A stretch of DNA of 64,000 bases from IMG/VR virus record IMGVR_UViG_3300032268_001605, positions 75,251 through 139,250 of that record; one strand, 5' to 3'. This document shows positions 38,272 through 49,281 of the stretch, piece by piece. The position numbers and the translations under genes were made by a program. The notes beneath the pieces were generated by a model that worked only from the letters and a program-made list of their open reading frames with translations, did no database searches and was not told the DNA's origin. Within the stretch, counting starts at the first letter, position 1. Every line of letters starts with the position of its first letter. Source of the stretch: a virus.

Positions 38272-38571
38272 ATGAAACCAAATATGTCAAAATTTAGTTG
38301 GCCTGAGCTTTTCGCAAATAGTGATGGTAAAACATCAGGTTCAGGTTTTGCTGGTGTAGTAATCTGCATGGTAGGTACACTTTGTTTTTTACTTGGATGT
38401 ATTGATAAAATGTTTATATCTAAAGGTATAGATATTATCACACAGTCGATAGTTTTTGTTGGTATTGGTGCTACACTTCTTGGTGCACGTAAACTATTAG
38501 CAAAAAAACCTGAAAATGTAGTAGAACCAACTCCAGAACCTGTAAGTAACACTCAACAAATTAATTCTTAA
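38272..38571 (+). CDS. small 2-TM membrane protein (holin-like)
   Basis: Two hydrophobic helices, charged tail, AATATATA upstream; function inferred. Confidence 0.55.
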   Translation: MKPNMSKFSWPELFANSDGKTSGSGFAGVVICMVGTLCFLLGCIDKMFISKGIDIITQSIVFVGIGATLLGARKLLAKKPENVVEPTPEPVSNTQQINS

Positions 38572-38608
38572 ATAAAAACCTCTCTTGATATCAAGAGAGG
38601 TTTTTATT
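38572..38608. terminator. bidirectional intrinsic terminator
   Basis: ATAAAAACCTCTCTTGATATCAAGAGAGGTTTTTAT palindrome. Confidence 0.85.
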
Positions 38609-39219
38609 TAATTATAATTTATTTTTATTAAGTCGTTATCGAATGAAACATAATTAACTCTTTCTAATTTAAGAAGTTTGGATTCCAATTTAAACATCTC
38701 GGATGTTTCAATCCCTTGATGTTGTATAATTATATTCTTAGATATATTTCTTGTAATTCGAATATCACTAATCAGTAAATCAAATTTTTCTACAACCTCA
38801 ATAATATCTTCTTCGAACGAACCTTCTACATCGACTATTTCTTCTTCTAATTCAACTTCTGGTAATCCCTGTAGATATTCTCTATCCATCTGTTTTTTCG
38901 CAATAGTATTATAAATATCCTCAGCGATGTTTTCAATATTTGATATTCTTTCAATAAAGTGTGATTTATTATCTGTTGGGTTAACACTATATTTCCAAGA
39001 TATTAAGTCTGACTCTAAATCTTTTTTCTCGATTATGACTAGTGACTTAGCCATTCTATGTGAATTTGACTCCAGTAGATTTTGGAATATACCTTCAGAT
39101 TTAATCTCAAAGAAATATTTATTGAAATGGGTTCTTTCGTTAATTGTTACATTTGAAAATAATTCTTTTAAATCATAGTCGATTTTATTTATATTGGATT
39201 TGATAGTTTGATTGAACAT
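38608..39219 (-). CDS. hypothetical protein
   Basis: 203-aa ORF. Confidence 0.7.
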   Translation of the reverse strand: MFNQTIKSNINKIDYDLKELFSNVTINERTHFNKYFFEIKSEGIFQNLLESNSHRMAKSLVIIEKKDLESDLISWKYSVNPTDNKSHFIERISNIENIAEDIYNTIAKKQMDREYLQGLPEVELEEEIVDVEGSFEEDIIEVVEKFDLLISDIRITRNISKNIIIQHQGIETSEMFKLESKLLKLERVNYVSFDNDLIKINYN

Positions 39220-39258
39220 ACTCTAAATATTATTTTTATTATCTATATATAAAATTTT

Positions 39259-40410
39259 TTAAAGTATACTTTCATCTAATTTTGCAGAATAGGAATTTGA
39301 ATTACAAAACTTGTCCCATTCAGAATCTTGAATAAATCCGAGTTTAATAAACTTGTTGACTAATACCGCCCAAATCATCTCACCAATATAGAAGAGTTTA
39401 CCTTCATCTATCTTTAGATTTAAATCACTCATACAATCTAAAAGTTCAGTAGGTAAATTTTCGAAATCGGTAACTTCAACGAATTCACCATCTATTTTTT
39501 GAGCTAATCTAATTTGAAACTGACCCTCTTCAAATAGTTTCATAAATGCTTCACCATTGATTCCTTTTACTTTATCTACTTTTGATTTAATCAATTCATA
39601 GATTTCTTTTTCTAAAACTATCTCTTCATTTAGTCTTTGGGAAACATTGAAGTAATATCCATTTTCTGGTGCGATTGGCTGTAGAGTGTCCAATCTAGAT
39701 TCTAAAAGTCTAATTTCAGAAGTAAATTCTTCGACTTTAGATTCTGCAAATTTTTTATCCCTTCCATATTTCAATAGGTTAGACTTCGAATTTTCTAAAT
39801 CACTTTTTAATTTTTTAATTTTCTCTTCTTTCAATTTACTGAACTGATCTTCTAAGAAGACATTGTGGTTGAGTGCATTTGAATTATCTTCTTCTTTAGA
39901 CTCTACAACTTCATCTGATTCATATTCGTCTATACCCTCATCGACTATATCATCAAAGAGTGACATAAGCTCATCGAGTTTATTCATTTGACTTTGGGAA
40001 ACTTCAACTTCTTCATCAAAAATTGAAGATAGTTTTTCTATTGGTGTTGTATATTCAACTGCTAGATATAGTGATATTTTTTTACCACTTACTTCCGATA
40101 TTGAAGTAAATTCTAATTCTTTTACAACCATTCTTTTTCTAAAGGGGGTGATTGTTTTTTCAAGAATAACATCAAGTAGTCTCTCTCTTTGTTCTTTTGA
40201 GTTGGTTTGATTTTCTGTGTCGGAAAAATCGACTGTACCATCCTCATAAATTTTTAGTTTAAATGTTTGATTCTCAAATCCAAGTCCTGATAGTAATTTA
40301 CCGGAAATAAGCGCTTCAGTAGAAATAAAATTGATATTACCTTTAGCACCAATAAATTCTATAAATTTTTCTTTTGGTTTGAATTCACCTGTTTTTTTGA
40401 TTTGTTCCAT
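39259..40410 (-). CDS. acidic coiled-coil hypothetical protein
   Basis: Likely start MEQIKK at 40410, below TTTG-N19-TATATTTA. Confidence 0.7.
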   Translation of the reverse strand: MEQIKKTGEFKPKEKFIEFIGAKGNINFISTEALISGKLLSGLGFENQTFKLKIYEDGTVDFSDTENQTNSKEQRERLLDVILEKTITPFRKRMVVKELEFTSISEVSGKKISLYLAVEYTTPIEKLSSIFDEEVEVSQSQMNKLDELMSLFDDIVDEGIDEYESDEVVESKEEDNSNALNHNVFLEDQFSKLKEEKIKKLKSDLENSKSNLLKYGRDKKFAESKVEEFTSEIRLLESRLDTLQPIAPENGYYFNVSQRLNEEIVLEKEIYELIKSKVDKVKGINGEAFMKLFEEGQFQIRLAQKIDGEFVEVTDFENLPTELLDCMSDLNLKIDEGKLFYIGEMIWAVLVNKFIKLGFIQDSEWDKFCNSNSYSAKLDESIL

Positions 40411-40509
40411 TTTTTTAATTGAATTATTATGTAAATATAAGTATTTTTTTGATAGAATCAAATGTTTTTAATATATAATTATGAAAAAACTTGAAATTTC
40501 CTGAAAATT

Positions 40510-41655
40510 ATGAATATAAAACACAAAGTAATACAAGACTATCAATTTATCACTGAAGATAAAAAAATTATAGTTTTAAAAACTAATACTATTTTAGAAA
40601 ACTATACTTATACACCAAAAGGTTCCAGTGATTCCATTAAAATTGAAAAAGAAATCATAGAAAACAATACTTCTTTTTTTAAATCAGTTGATTGGAAAGA
40701 AGAATTACATTCGTTTATCAAGACGAATAAAATACCGCAACCTGCTATTCTTGCTAAAAAAATTGCACCTTTCATCGAGGATATGTTTATTGCAAATCAG
40801 CCAAAAGTTGAGCAGAAGCAGGAAATAATTAATACCATTTCAGAAGAAGAAATTAAATTCAAAGAGAGTCAATTGGATGCAAAATCAAAAAGACTTGATC
40901 TTCTAGAAAAACAATTATTAGAGGAACAACAAAAAATGTCCGACAAAGAATTAGAATTTTTGAGAAAAGAAAAAAATTACTCAGAAAAACTAAAGGGTAT
41001 AGAATCCAATAACTTCACTGAAATGAAGTTGAATAAGGATTTAGAAGACTTACAGAAAAAACATTTAGAGTTATTGACGAAAGAAAAAGAACTATTTGAA
41101 AAGGAGACTAAATTAGAAATGCTCGAAATCAAAGAAAGAAAAATTCAGCAGGAACAAAACGATTTAAATATAAAGATTGATGAACTAAATAAAAGAGAAA
41201 AGGAATTTAAACTGAAAGAATCTCAGTTTAAAGATATAGACATTGATGATTTAGCATATAAGGAAATAAATCTTGAGACTCTTGCAAAAAAGTTAGAATT
41301 AAAAGAAAAACAATTAGCAAAAGACTTAGATGAAGTAAAAACAAAAGAATTCTTCTTACTGAGTCAAGAAAAGATGCTTACACAAAAAGACTCAGAGCTA
41401 AAGAAATTGCAGGTTGACTTAACAAAGAAGGAATCAGACTTGAACGATGAAGAAATAAATTTATTGGAACTATCAAATAGATTAGAAAAAACGGAATTAG
41501 ACATGAAGTCAAAATGGGACAGATACGTTAGTGTTGAAGCAATTGAACAGATATTAGAAACTGAGAAAAAAATAAATTTCAATGAACCTTCATATGAAAC
41601 TATTTTCATACCAAGGGTGAGAAAAATATTGATATCAGCCAAGCAGTTGTCTTGA
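40510..41655 (+). CDS. long coiled-coil protein
   Basis: K/E/L heptad repeats over about 250 aa. Confidence 0.75.
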   Translation: MNIKHKVIQDYQFITEDKKIIVLKTNTILENYTYTPKGSSDSIKIEKEIIENNTSFFKSVDWKEELHSFIKTNKIPQPAILAKKIAPFIEDMFIANQPKVEQKQEIINTISEEEIKFKESQLDAKSKRLDLLEKQLLEEQQKMSDKELEFLRKEKNYSEKLKGIESNNFTEMKLNKDLEDLQKKHLELLTKEKELFEKETKLEMLEIKERKIQQEQNDLNIKIDELNKREKEFKLKESQFKDIDIDDLAYKEINLETLAKKLELKEKQLAKDLDEVKTKEFFLLSQEKMLTQKDSELKKLQVDLTKKESDLNDEEINLLELSNRLEKTELDMKSKWDRYVSVEAIEQILETEKKINFNEPSYETIFIPRVRKILISAKQLS

Positions 41656-41973
41656 AAATTTATCTCTGAACTTTATCAAATTAAATAACTTTTCTAAGTT
41701 GTATTCTTGAAAATTATCTTTTTTACTAATTCTTAATATTAATTCGAAATCAGAGATTCTTTTTTTGCAAACCAAATTATGTGCCGTTAGAAATTTAAAT
41801 CTTGGCTCATTTTCAGATAAGTTTTGTAATAAATTTTGGAATTTAGAAATTTTATTACTAAGTTCTAAAATTACTTCGTCTATATCCCAATTATTCTTAA
41901 TGTAGGAGGATATTTGTGTATCGATATGAGAAAAACACACCTTAGATTTATCATCATTTTTTAGAAAATTCAT
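41635..41973 (-). CDS. hypothetical protein
   Basis: 112-aa ORF following rhomboid gene. Confidence 0.6.
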   Translation of the reverse strand: MNFLKNDDKSKVCFSHIDTQISSYIKNNWDIDEVILELSNKISKFQNLLQNLSENEPRFKFLTAHNLVCKKRISDFELILRISKKDNFQEYNLEKLFNLIKFRDKFSRQLLG

Positions 41974-41978
41974 AAATT

Positions 41979-42530
41979 TTATTTTTTCACTTGATTATTT
42001 AATAAGTAAGTAAGTAAAGCTGACAGAGACCCCCCTATATGCGCCCAATAGGCAATGTTATCAGCATTGGATAATATTATACAGAAAATATCAGACAACA
42101 CAAAGGCAAAAACAAAAAACTTTATAAACCATGATCTAGATAATAGTGCAGCTAATACTGAGATTCCCATTACTGAACCAGATGCCCCTATTAGCGGCAA
42201 TTGACTTGGTGATAATAATAAATGCGTAATTCCAGCGAAAACACCAAATATTAAAAAATTATATAGAAGAATTGGATATTTATAATTTTTCTCTATGCTG
42301 GTGGCAAAATAAATTAAAAAACACATATTGAAATAGAGGTGGTCAACATTTGCGTGTAGAAACTGATAAGTTAGCAGTTGATGTGGCGAAAAAAGACCCG
42401 AATCTAATTTCCAAGCTGAAAAATAGTAAAAATAATTCAAATCAACTTGATTTGAAAAGCAAAAAATAATTATATTTAACAAGACTAGTATTATAGTCTG
42501 TTTATAATTTCTAATTAATTTGAATATCAT
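41979..42530 (-). CDS. rhomboid intramembrane serine protease
   Basis: TYQFLHANVDHLYFNM, IGASG, WAHIGG. Confidence 0.92.
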   Translation of the reverse strand: MIFKLIRNYKQTIILVLLNIIIFCFSNQVDLNYFYYFSAWKLDSGLFSPHQLLTYQFLHANVDHLYFNMCFLIYFATSIEKNYKYPILLYNFLIFGVFAGITHLLLSPSQLPLIGASGSVMGISVLAALLSRSWFIKFFVFAFVLSDIFCIILSNADNIAYWAHIGGSLSALLTYLLNNQVKK

Positions 42531-42578
42531 GTGAGGAATTACTTTACAAATATACTAAAAAATTTTGAATAAAAAAAC

Positions 42579-43919
42579 TTATTTTAGTTTTTTCTTTAGT
42601 TCAACCAAATCTGATTTATACATATCTCGAGATTCAGTTTTCTGAACACTCTCAATTTCTAACTTTTTATTCTTATAATCTTCTTTGAGTTTATCATATA
42701 ACTCTTTTGTTAGTGAATAAATAGGCATTCTTAAAAGATAATCGTAACTATCATCAATTTTGTCTATTCCTAAAGATTCAATCTCTGAAACAATCTTAGT
42801 CTTTGTGACATTTTTAATTTCAATTTTACCTTCAAGTATTGCTCGAATAAATTTACCTTTATTAGATAATACTCCTAATTCACTATTGAGTTTATTTAGA
42901 ATATATTCTTTTCTCTTAACATAATATTCTAATCTGAAATTAACAAAATAAGAAATAATTTCTGATGAGCTTTCGAAAATCTTAAGGCTTCCACTTTCAT
43001 CTAATGTCGTAAAAATTTCAGTAGATGATTCTTCAAGTTTCAATAACTTAATTAATTTTTCCTCATCAAGAGTAGAAAGTGACTCTCTGGTGAATTTAAT
43101 TGTATAGTCAATATTATCTTTGCAATTATCATCATATGAAACAATAGTCTTACTATCAAGTAATGAATCTAAAATAGCTTCATACTTTTCAAATGTCATA
43201 GAAGGTGGCAATTCTGTTATCTTTACCGTAGTGGTATTAACTATTTGAACTCTACCTCTGATAATCCATTTTTTGGGATTATTTTCATCTTGAATATAGT
43301 CACCTTTGAAAAAATTATTGAATGGTTTAACATCAGATATTTTCCTACCAGATAGAGCAAGTAAACAAGCGTCAACTACTTCTCTTGGATTTCTATTTAA
43401 AATATTTGAAGAAAAACCAACTGCAATTCCAGAAGAACCATTTATCAAGACGGTTGGGATGATTGGTAAAAAGTAATTTGGCTCAATTATCTCTCCTTCC
43501 TCTTCTTTGAAATTAAGTAGTTCAAAGTCTTTATATAAATGTCTGAAATTACTATTTAGTTTTGTACCAATGTATCTGGCAGCGCCGGGCTCTGGTGAAC
43601 GAAGTGATCCGAATTGTCCGATTTCCTCTAAAAGAGGCATATTGTTTTTGAAACTCTGAGCCATTGTGATAATGGCATTTTCAAGACTAGCGTTTCCGTG
43701 ATGATAGAATGCTTTATCTGCTACTAATCCCGCTAATTGAAAAACTTTTTTTGTTTTTTCATCACTATTCTTCCAAAGTTGATTGGATATGTGTATTATT
43801 TTTCTTTGTACAGGTTTGAACCCATCAACTAATGAGGGAATCGCACGATTCTCAATCGTGTACATAGCAAAATCTTTGTATTCATTCGATAAAAAGTCTG
43901 TAATTGATTTCTGTGACAT
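42579..43919 (-). CDS. DNA topoisomerase II subunit, T4 gp52-like
   Basis: RAIPSLVDGFKPVQRK, YHHG, AARYI catalytic Tyr, LINGSSGIAVG. Confidence 0.95.
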   Translation of the reverse strand: MSQKSITDFLSNEYKDFAMYTIENRAIPSLVDGFKPVQRKIIHISNQLWKNSDEKTKKVFQLAGLVADKAFYHHGNASLENAIITMAQSFKNNMPLLEEIGQFGSLRSPEPGAARYIGTKLNSNFRHLYKDFELLNFKEEEGEIIEPNYFLPIIPTVLINGSSGIAVGFSSNILNRNPREVVDACLLALSGRKISDVKPFNNFFKGDYIQDENNPKKWIIRGRVQIVNTTTVKITELPPSMTFEKYEAILDSLLDSKTIVSYDDNCKDNIDYTIKFTRESLSTLDEEKLIKLLKLEESSTEIFTTLDESGSLKIFESSSEIISYFVNFRLEYYVKRKEYILNKLNSELGVLSNKGKFIRAILEGKIEIKNVTKTKIVSEIESLGIDKIDDSYDYLLRMPIYSLTKELYDKLKEDYKNKKLEIESVQKTESRDMYKSDLVELKKKLK

Positions 43920-44049
43920 TTTTTTTTCAATCCTTTGAAATTATATATGGATAAGACTTATTCTTGTTTTAGATTATTTTTCTAAACCTTTCTTATGAAA
44001 AGTCAAAAAAGATATATAGATAAAAAAATGAATATAATTTTAGACACAG

Positions 44050-45894
44050 ATGAAAGATAAAAGCATAGAAGAAAAATACAAAAAGTTAACAGACATTGAA
44101 CATATACTACTTCGTCCTGGTATGTATATTTCATCAACCAAGCCAACAATCGGATATAAATGGTTGGTAGAAGATAATAAAATGATTTTCAGAGAAGTTA
44201 CCCATGTAAATGGTTTTTTAAAGCTTTTTGACGAAATTCTGATGAATAGTGTAGATGAATCAAAAAGAGAAGGTTCTCAATTAAATACAATTAAGGTTTC
44301 AATAAACGAAAATGAAATATCTGTCTGGGATAACGGTGGTATAGTTGTCGCAGAACATAAAGAGCAGAATATGTGGGTTCCGGAAATGTTATTCTCGGAG
44401 ACAAAATCGGGATCGAATTTCGATGAAACTGAAGATAGAACTTGGAGTGGAACAAATGGTATAGGATCGGTTTGCGTAAATATTTTTTCAAAAAAATTTA
44501 CAGTCTCAACCTGTGATGGTAAAAAAAGTTTTCTTCAAACTTTTTCAAACAATATGATGGAGAGAACTAAACCTGTAGTTAAAAAATCTAAGACTAATCA
44601 TACACAGATTACTTATCTTCCAGACTATGAGAGATTCGGCATGACAGGATTAGATGAGTCTCATTTTCAATTGATTCAAAAAAGAGTTATTGATATTGCA
44701 GGGTGTAATCCAAGTCTACAAGTTTTCTTCAATGATGAAGAAATAAAAATAAAATCTTTTCAAGATTATATAAAATTCTATAAAACGGATTTCTATTTTG
44801 AAACTACCAGTGATAGGAGTTGGAGCGCTGCGATTGCCGCTTCAAGTGATGGATTTCAACAAATTAGTTTTGCTAATTCAACCGAAACTTGGGATGGCGG
44901 TACACACGTTGATTATGTGATGAGTCAAATTATAGTGCAAATAAGAGAATTTTTCCAAAAGAAACACAAAGTGGATATAAAACCATCTGAAATAAAGAAT
45001 CATATTTCAATCTATATCAATTCTACAATTATTAATCCGAGTTTTTCCTCACAAACTAAAGAAAAACTAATTACAGAGGTTAAAGATTTTGGACACACAT
45101 TTGAAGTATCGGAAAAATTAATTAAGTGGATTCTGAAATCAGAAATAGTTGATTCTATTCTAGATTGGATACAGAAGAAAAAGAGTGCTGATGAGTCTAA
45201 ATTAACAAGAGAATTGAATAAAAACTTGAGTAAAATTAAGGTTGAGAAACTCATTGATGCCAAAGCTAAAGAAAGATGGAAGTGTAGTCTTAGTATATTT
45301 GAGGGTGATTCAGCAGCCGCTAGCTTTAGAAAGTATAGAGATACTAATACACAAGGCGCTTTCTCACTTAGAGGTAAGTTTATAAATGCTGCAGAAATAA
45401 CAACTCAAAAGCTAACACAAAATAATGAAGTAATCAACTTGATGGCTGCTTTAGGTTTAAAATTAGGACAGAAGGCTAACTTAACAAATATGAGATTCGG
45501 TAGAATTTTATTTTTCTGTGATGCTGATTTTGATGGATCATCTATCGTTGGACTTCTTTTGAATTTTTTTTATAAGTTCTGGCCTGAATTATTTGATAAC
45601 CCAATCATATTCAAGGCTGAAACACCAATAGTCGTGGTTAAGAACACTAAAACTAAAAAGAAAACCTCTTTTTACTCACAAGAAGAATATGAAAAATGGT
45701 TACAAAAAATAGATCCAAAAGTATACGAAATAGAATATAAAAAGGGTTTAGCAGCTCTTGTTGATGATGAGTACTCAGAAATTATACAAAATCCTATCTT
45801 AACAAGAATTACATCTGATGATATTTCAAAAGATAGTTTGAACATATGGTTCGGAAAAGACTCCGAACTAAGAAAAAAAGAAATGTTAAAATAA
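44050..45894 (+). CDS. DNA topoisomerase II ATPase/TOPRIM subunit (gp39+60-like, uninterrupted)
   Basis: EHILLRPGMYI, DEILMNSVD, GTNGIG, EGDSA, LRGK, DADFDG, YKKGL. Confidence 0.95.
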   Translation: MKDKSIEEKYKKLTDIEHILLRPGMYISSTKPTIGYKWLVEDNKMIFREVTHVNGFLKLFDEILMNSVDESKREGSQLNTIKVSINENEISVWDNGGIVVAEHKEQNMWVPEMLFSETKSGSNFDETEDRTWSGTNGIGSVCVNIFSKKFTVSTCDGKKSFLQTFSNNMMERTKPVVKKSKTNHTQITYLPDYERFGMTGLDESHFQLIQKRVIDIAGCNPSLQVFFNDEEIKIKSFQDYIKFYKTDFYFETTSDRSWSAAIAASSDGFQQISFANSTETWDGGTHVDYVMSQIIVQIREFFQKKHKVDIKPSEIKNHISIYINSTIINPSFSSQTKEKLITEVKDFGHTFEVSEKLIKWILKSEIVDSILDWIQKKKSADESKLTRELNKNLSKIKVEKLIDAKAKERWKCSLSIFEGDSAAASFRKYRDTNTQGAFSLRGKFINAAEITTQKLTQNNEVINLMAALGLKLGQKANLTNMRFGRILFFCDADFDGSSIVGLLLNFFYKFWPELFDNPIIFKAETPIVVVKNTKTKKKTSFYSQEEYEKWLQKIDPKVYEIEYKKGLAALVDDEYSEIIQNPILTRITSDDISKDSLNIWFGKDSELRKKEMLK

Positions 45895-46298
45895 TGCCCA
45901 TACAACATCGCTTTTCGAAACTCTATAAAGACAGAGTAACACTGATTTATAATGATCTCGAATACAAAGAATTATTTGTAGACTCTTTTGAAATTAAAAT
46001 TGATGAGGAGAATTCCAAAAAAAGATTTTATATAAAAACAAATGCTGATTATTTAGAAGACTATAATTTTGGTGATATCGAATATATTGTAGTTGATACT
46101 GCCACAGATGAAGAAATAAAGGTAAGAAAAATCGCTAAAGTAAAACTCTTGCTATATAATGAGTTTTCCGAGATTCAAACAAATAGTCATATAAATTTAA
46201 AATTTAATATAATTGATTTTGAAATCCAAGAATTCGACTTGATTCTACCTATAGTTTCCTTAATAAGAGACCTAAAGATAAATAAAATTGATGAATAG
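45894..46298 (+). CDS. hypothetical protein ending IRDLKINKI
   Basis: TAATG-coupled start at 45894. Confidence 0.65.
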   Translation: MPIQHRFSKLYKDRVTLIYNDLEYKELFVDSFEIKIDEENSKKRFYIKTNADYLEDYNFGDIEYIVVDTATDEEIKVRKIAKVKLLLYNEFSEIQTNSHINLKFNIIDFEIQEFDLILPIVSLIRDLKINKIDE

Positions 46299-46318
46299 AA
46301 ATTTTAATATATAGATTT

Positions 46319-47842
46319 ATGAGAATATTAAAATTTCACGAAGCAAACCTAAACTTAGGTGAGTTAGAAAAATCAAGCGAAGAAGGTGGCTTGAGAGGTG
46401 ATGTGCTTGTTAGAAAGTTAAAGCAACAAGTAGAAGATTCAGAAAATGTCGATGGACATCTCAATTTTTTACCAAAAGATAGTAAACCAAAAAAATCAGC
46501 CATAAATAATCCAGAAGACATAATTAATGGTATTACTGATGGTAGTAAAAAGAGTTATGACATTGAGAAAGCTAAAGATTTTTTATTCAGAGGTAATAGA
46601 TACAAAGAAATCTTTAACACAGATGATAAAGTCTATAAACTCAATGATATAGAAAAAACGGCTGAGTTTGGCTCAAGTGGTGGTAGTTCGCTGGGAAGTA
46701 AAGAAACAAGAATTGTAGAATCAATACAATGTTTGTATTGTGCACTGAGACAAGATTTAAGAAGAAACATCACAGATAAAGATTATGATTTACTCTTTGA
46801 TATTCTTGGATATATAAGAGAAGAACTTTTAGATATAATCAAGACAGAAGTATATTTGAGTCCTGAAATTCTTGAAAATTATAGAAAAAATTGGAGCACT
46901 ACCTTTGTGACAACTGCAAATGCACTATACGAATATAGAGAAATTTATACTTCTAAGGGTGGGAAAAAATCTATTTTAGATGATAGAAAGAGGTATGTAT
47001 TTCACCAAGTAGGTTTCACTGGTGGGATTATGTCTACAATTAAAAAAAAATTTGTAGAATTGGCAAGGGGTATGCAACCAGCTAAATGGAATCCAAGTGA
47101 TATGTGGATTGTCAATTCTATAAAAATCCAAGAATTACTTAGTGATATAGAGGGTTGTCAAACAATTGAAGAATTGAATAAATTAGTTGACGAAAATTTT
47201 ATGCGTAGAGACATAGTGAGTGTATCACTTAAAAAAGTAAGAAACCTTGAGTCTGCGAATCTACTAATAAATAAGGTTACAGAAAGACCGAGATATTCTT
47301 TCTTGAAAGTTAGAACTTCATTCAAAGCAACTAATTCGTTGGGTGTTAATATACTAATGAATCAGAAATCAGACTTAGAATCTGAAAATAGAGATATTAT
47401 GATGGTAGTTAGAACTTTTGGTGGTAAAGAAAAGATACAGGACGTACAGGGTGAAGTTTTAGGTAAGACTTCCAGACATGGAAAAATTTCTCTTATAGAA
47501 ATTAATTCTATTTTCAGTAAAGTATCGCAAGAATATAAAATCGAAATACCCCCAATTCCAAACCATAAATACTTTGAAAGCTTATCAGAGGATGAATTAA
47601 ATACACAAGTCGAAATTTTGAATGATGCCATTGGGAAATTAGGTGATAAAAGTAAAGAAATCAAAACCGATAAACTTGGAACCAAGACAAGATTGATTTC
47701 AAAATTACAAGCTTTACTAATAGCAAAAAATCTTTATTATTTTGTACAAGCAAGTGATAGAATGTGCCAATTAATGATGTATTACGCACTGGCAATAGAA
47801 AACAGTCAGTTTGTTTGTCCTATGTATGTAAGAGTTCTTTAA
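46319..47842 (+). CDS. putative PD-(D/E)xK nuclease-fold protein
   Basis: E....C, KWNPSDMW...VSVSLKK motif; N-terminal tag; AATATATA upstream. Confidence 0.55.
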   Translation: MRILKFHEANLNLGELEKSSEEGGLRGDVLVRKLKQQVEDSENVDGHLNFLPKDSKPKKSAINNPEDIINGITDGSKKSYDIEKAKDFLFRGNRYKEIFNTDDKVYKLNDIEKTAEFGSSGGSSLGSKETRIVESIQCLYCALRQDLRRNITDKDYDLLFDILGYIREELLDIIKTEVYLSPEILENYRKNWSTTFVTTANALYEYREIYTSKGGKKSILDDRKRYVFHQVGFTGGIMSTIKKKFVELARGMQPAKWNPSDMWIVNSIKIQELLSDIEGCQTIEELNKLVDENFMRRDIVSVSLKKVRNLESANLLINKVTERPRYSFLKVRTSFKATNSLGVNILMNQKSDLESENRDIMMVVRTFGGKEKIQDVQGEVLGKTSRHGKISLIEINSIFSKVSQEYKIEIPPIPNHKYFESLSEDELNTQVEILNDAIGKLGDKSKEIKTDKLGTKTRLISKLQALLIAKNLYYFVQASDRMCQLMMYYALAIENSQFVCPMYVRVL

Positions 47843-47890
47843 AGAACATTCCAGACTTTTTTTTGTATAAATAAAAAATAATAAAAGTCT

Positions 47891-48883
47891 ATGTTATGCG
47901 ATTTAATAATAGATGGAAATTTTGTCTTGAATAGACTTGTTTTCACCTTACATAAGAATAATTTACTGTTTGGAGCTTTACATACTAGTTTAGAAAATGC
48001 AATTACCACATATAAGAGATGGTATCCATTTGCAAATGTTTATTTAGTTTCTGATTCAAAAGAAAAATCTTGGAGAAAAAAACTTAACCCGAACTATAAA
48101 GCCCATAGAAAAAAAGATACTGATATCGATTGGGATTTTGTTTTCACTTGTTACAATGAGTTTAAAGATTCTATCAGAGGAAAAGGTATAAAGATATTAG
48201 AGGCACCGCATGTAGAAGGTGATGATTGGATTTCTTTCCTTGTTGAAAGGGGAAACTCTGAGGATCGTTCCACCATCATAGTAAGTAATGACTATGATAT
48301 TAAACAACTCTTAAATTTTTCATTAGACCCTCTATTCATAAACATTATGTCTAATGAATTCTATAACAAACAAAAGTTGTTTCTACCAAAAAACTACCAA
48401 CTATTCTTAAACAGTTTTTCCAAAATTGATAATAACGATATATTCAATCTGAATGATAATCAAGACTTCTACAATTTAGTAACTTCATTCATAGAAAAAT
48501 ACGAAATTCAAGAAGTCAATCCAGTAGAATCACTTATAATTAAAATTGTAGCCGGCGATACATCTGATAATATTTCTTCTGCTTTTTCAATAATTAAAAA
48601 TGGTAAGAAGAGGGGAATCGCTGAAAAAGGAGCAAAGAATCTTTTTGATGAGTATATAATTAATTTTGGTGAGCCTGAACTAAATGATCCAGATTTGTTG
48701 GAGAATATTGCAGACTTAATTTGTGAAAAGAAAAAGGTTTCAAAGTCAAATATCCTAAACATACAAAAGAATTTAGACAAAAACTTGAAATTAATTTATC
48801 TGAAGATGGATAATCTACCAGAAGAAATATTTACTAAAATGGATACACTTTATCAAGAATCTAAAAATTTTATTAAAGTATGA
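47891..48883 (+). CDS. rnh: RNase H / 5'-3' flap exonuclease, T4 Rnh-like
   Basis: IIDGN, SWRKK...YKAHR, EGDDWI, SNDYDIKQL, GDTSDNI. Confidence 0.9.
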   Translation: MLCDLIIDGNFVLNRLVFTLHKNNLLFGALHTSLENAITTYKRWYPFANVYLVSDSKEKSWRKKLNPNYKAHRKKDTDIDWDFVFTCYNEFKDSIRGKGIKILEAPHVEGDDWISFLVERGNSEDRSTIIVSNDYDIKQLLNFSLDPLFINIMSNEFYNKQKLFLPKNYQLFLNSFSKIDNNDIFNLNDNQDFYNLVTSFIEKYEIQEVNPVESLIIKIVAGDTSDNISSAFSIIKNGKKRGIAEKGAKNLFDEYIINFGEPELNDPDLLENIADLICEKKKVSKSNILNIQKNLDKNLKLIYLKMDNLPEEIFTKMDTLYQESKNFIKV

Positions 48884-49281
48884 AAAACCTATTAGAAGTT
48901 TCTAATATAATGTTTAAAGATAAGCCAAATTGGGGAAAAGTGACCGATGAGGAAAAATCGGTTTACTTTTTTATATTCAATAGGTACTTCTCCAAAAAAT
49001 ATCCAAATTTCTCACAATTACTAAATTCAAAAGAAATTGATAAATCACTCGGAATGGATATATGGTTCAATTTCATGAAAGATAAACCTTATCCACAATG
49101 GTTCTGGTCTAAATCTGAAAAGAAAACTGATAAAGGTGAAATTTCTGAAAAACATATCAATAAAATTTTAGAAACATATGATTTGAAAAGAGATGAATTT
49201 GATTTTATACTTAAATATTATCCTGAAGAAATTAGGGAGGAAATTCAATATATTGAAGCCAATGAAAAATCCAAAAAATGA
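48880..49281 (+). CDS. clamp loader small subunit, T4 gp62-like
   Basis: 'FIFNRYFS...QLLN...WFNFM...WFWSK' pattern and size. Confidence 0.55.
   Translation: MKNLLEVSNIMFKDKPNWGKVTDEEKSVYFFIFNRYFSKKYPNFSQLLNSKEIDKSLGMDIWFNFMKDKPYPQWFWSKSEKKTDKGEISEKHINKILETYDLKRDEFDFILKYYPEEIREEIQYIEANEKSKK

Noticed and set aside
44050-45894. T4 gene 60-type bypass in the topoisomerase
   Set aside because: The gp39+60 ORF is continuous through the TOPRIM motifs
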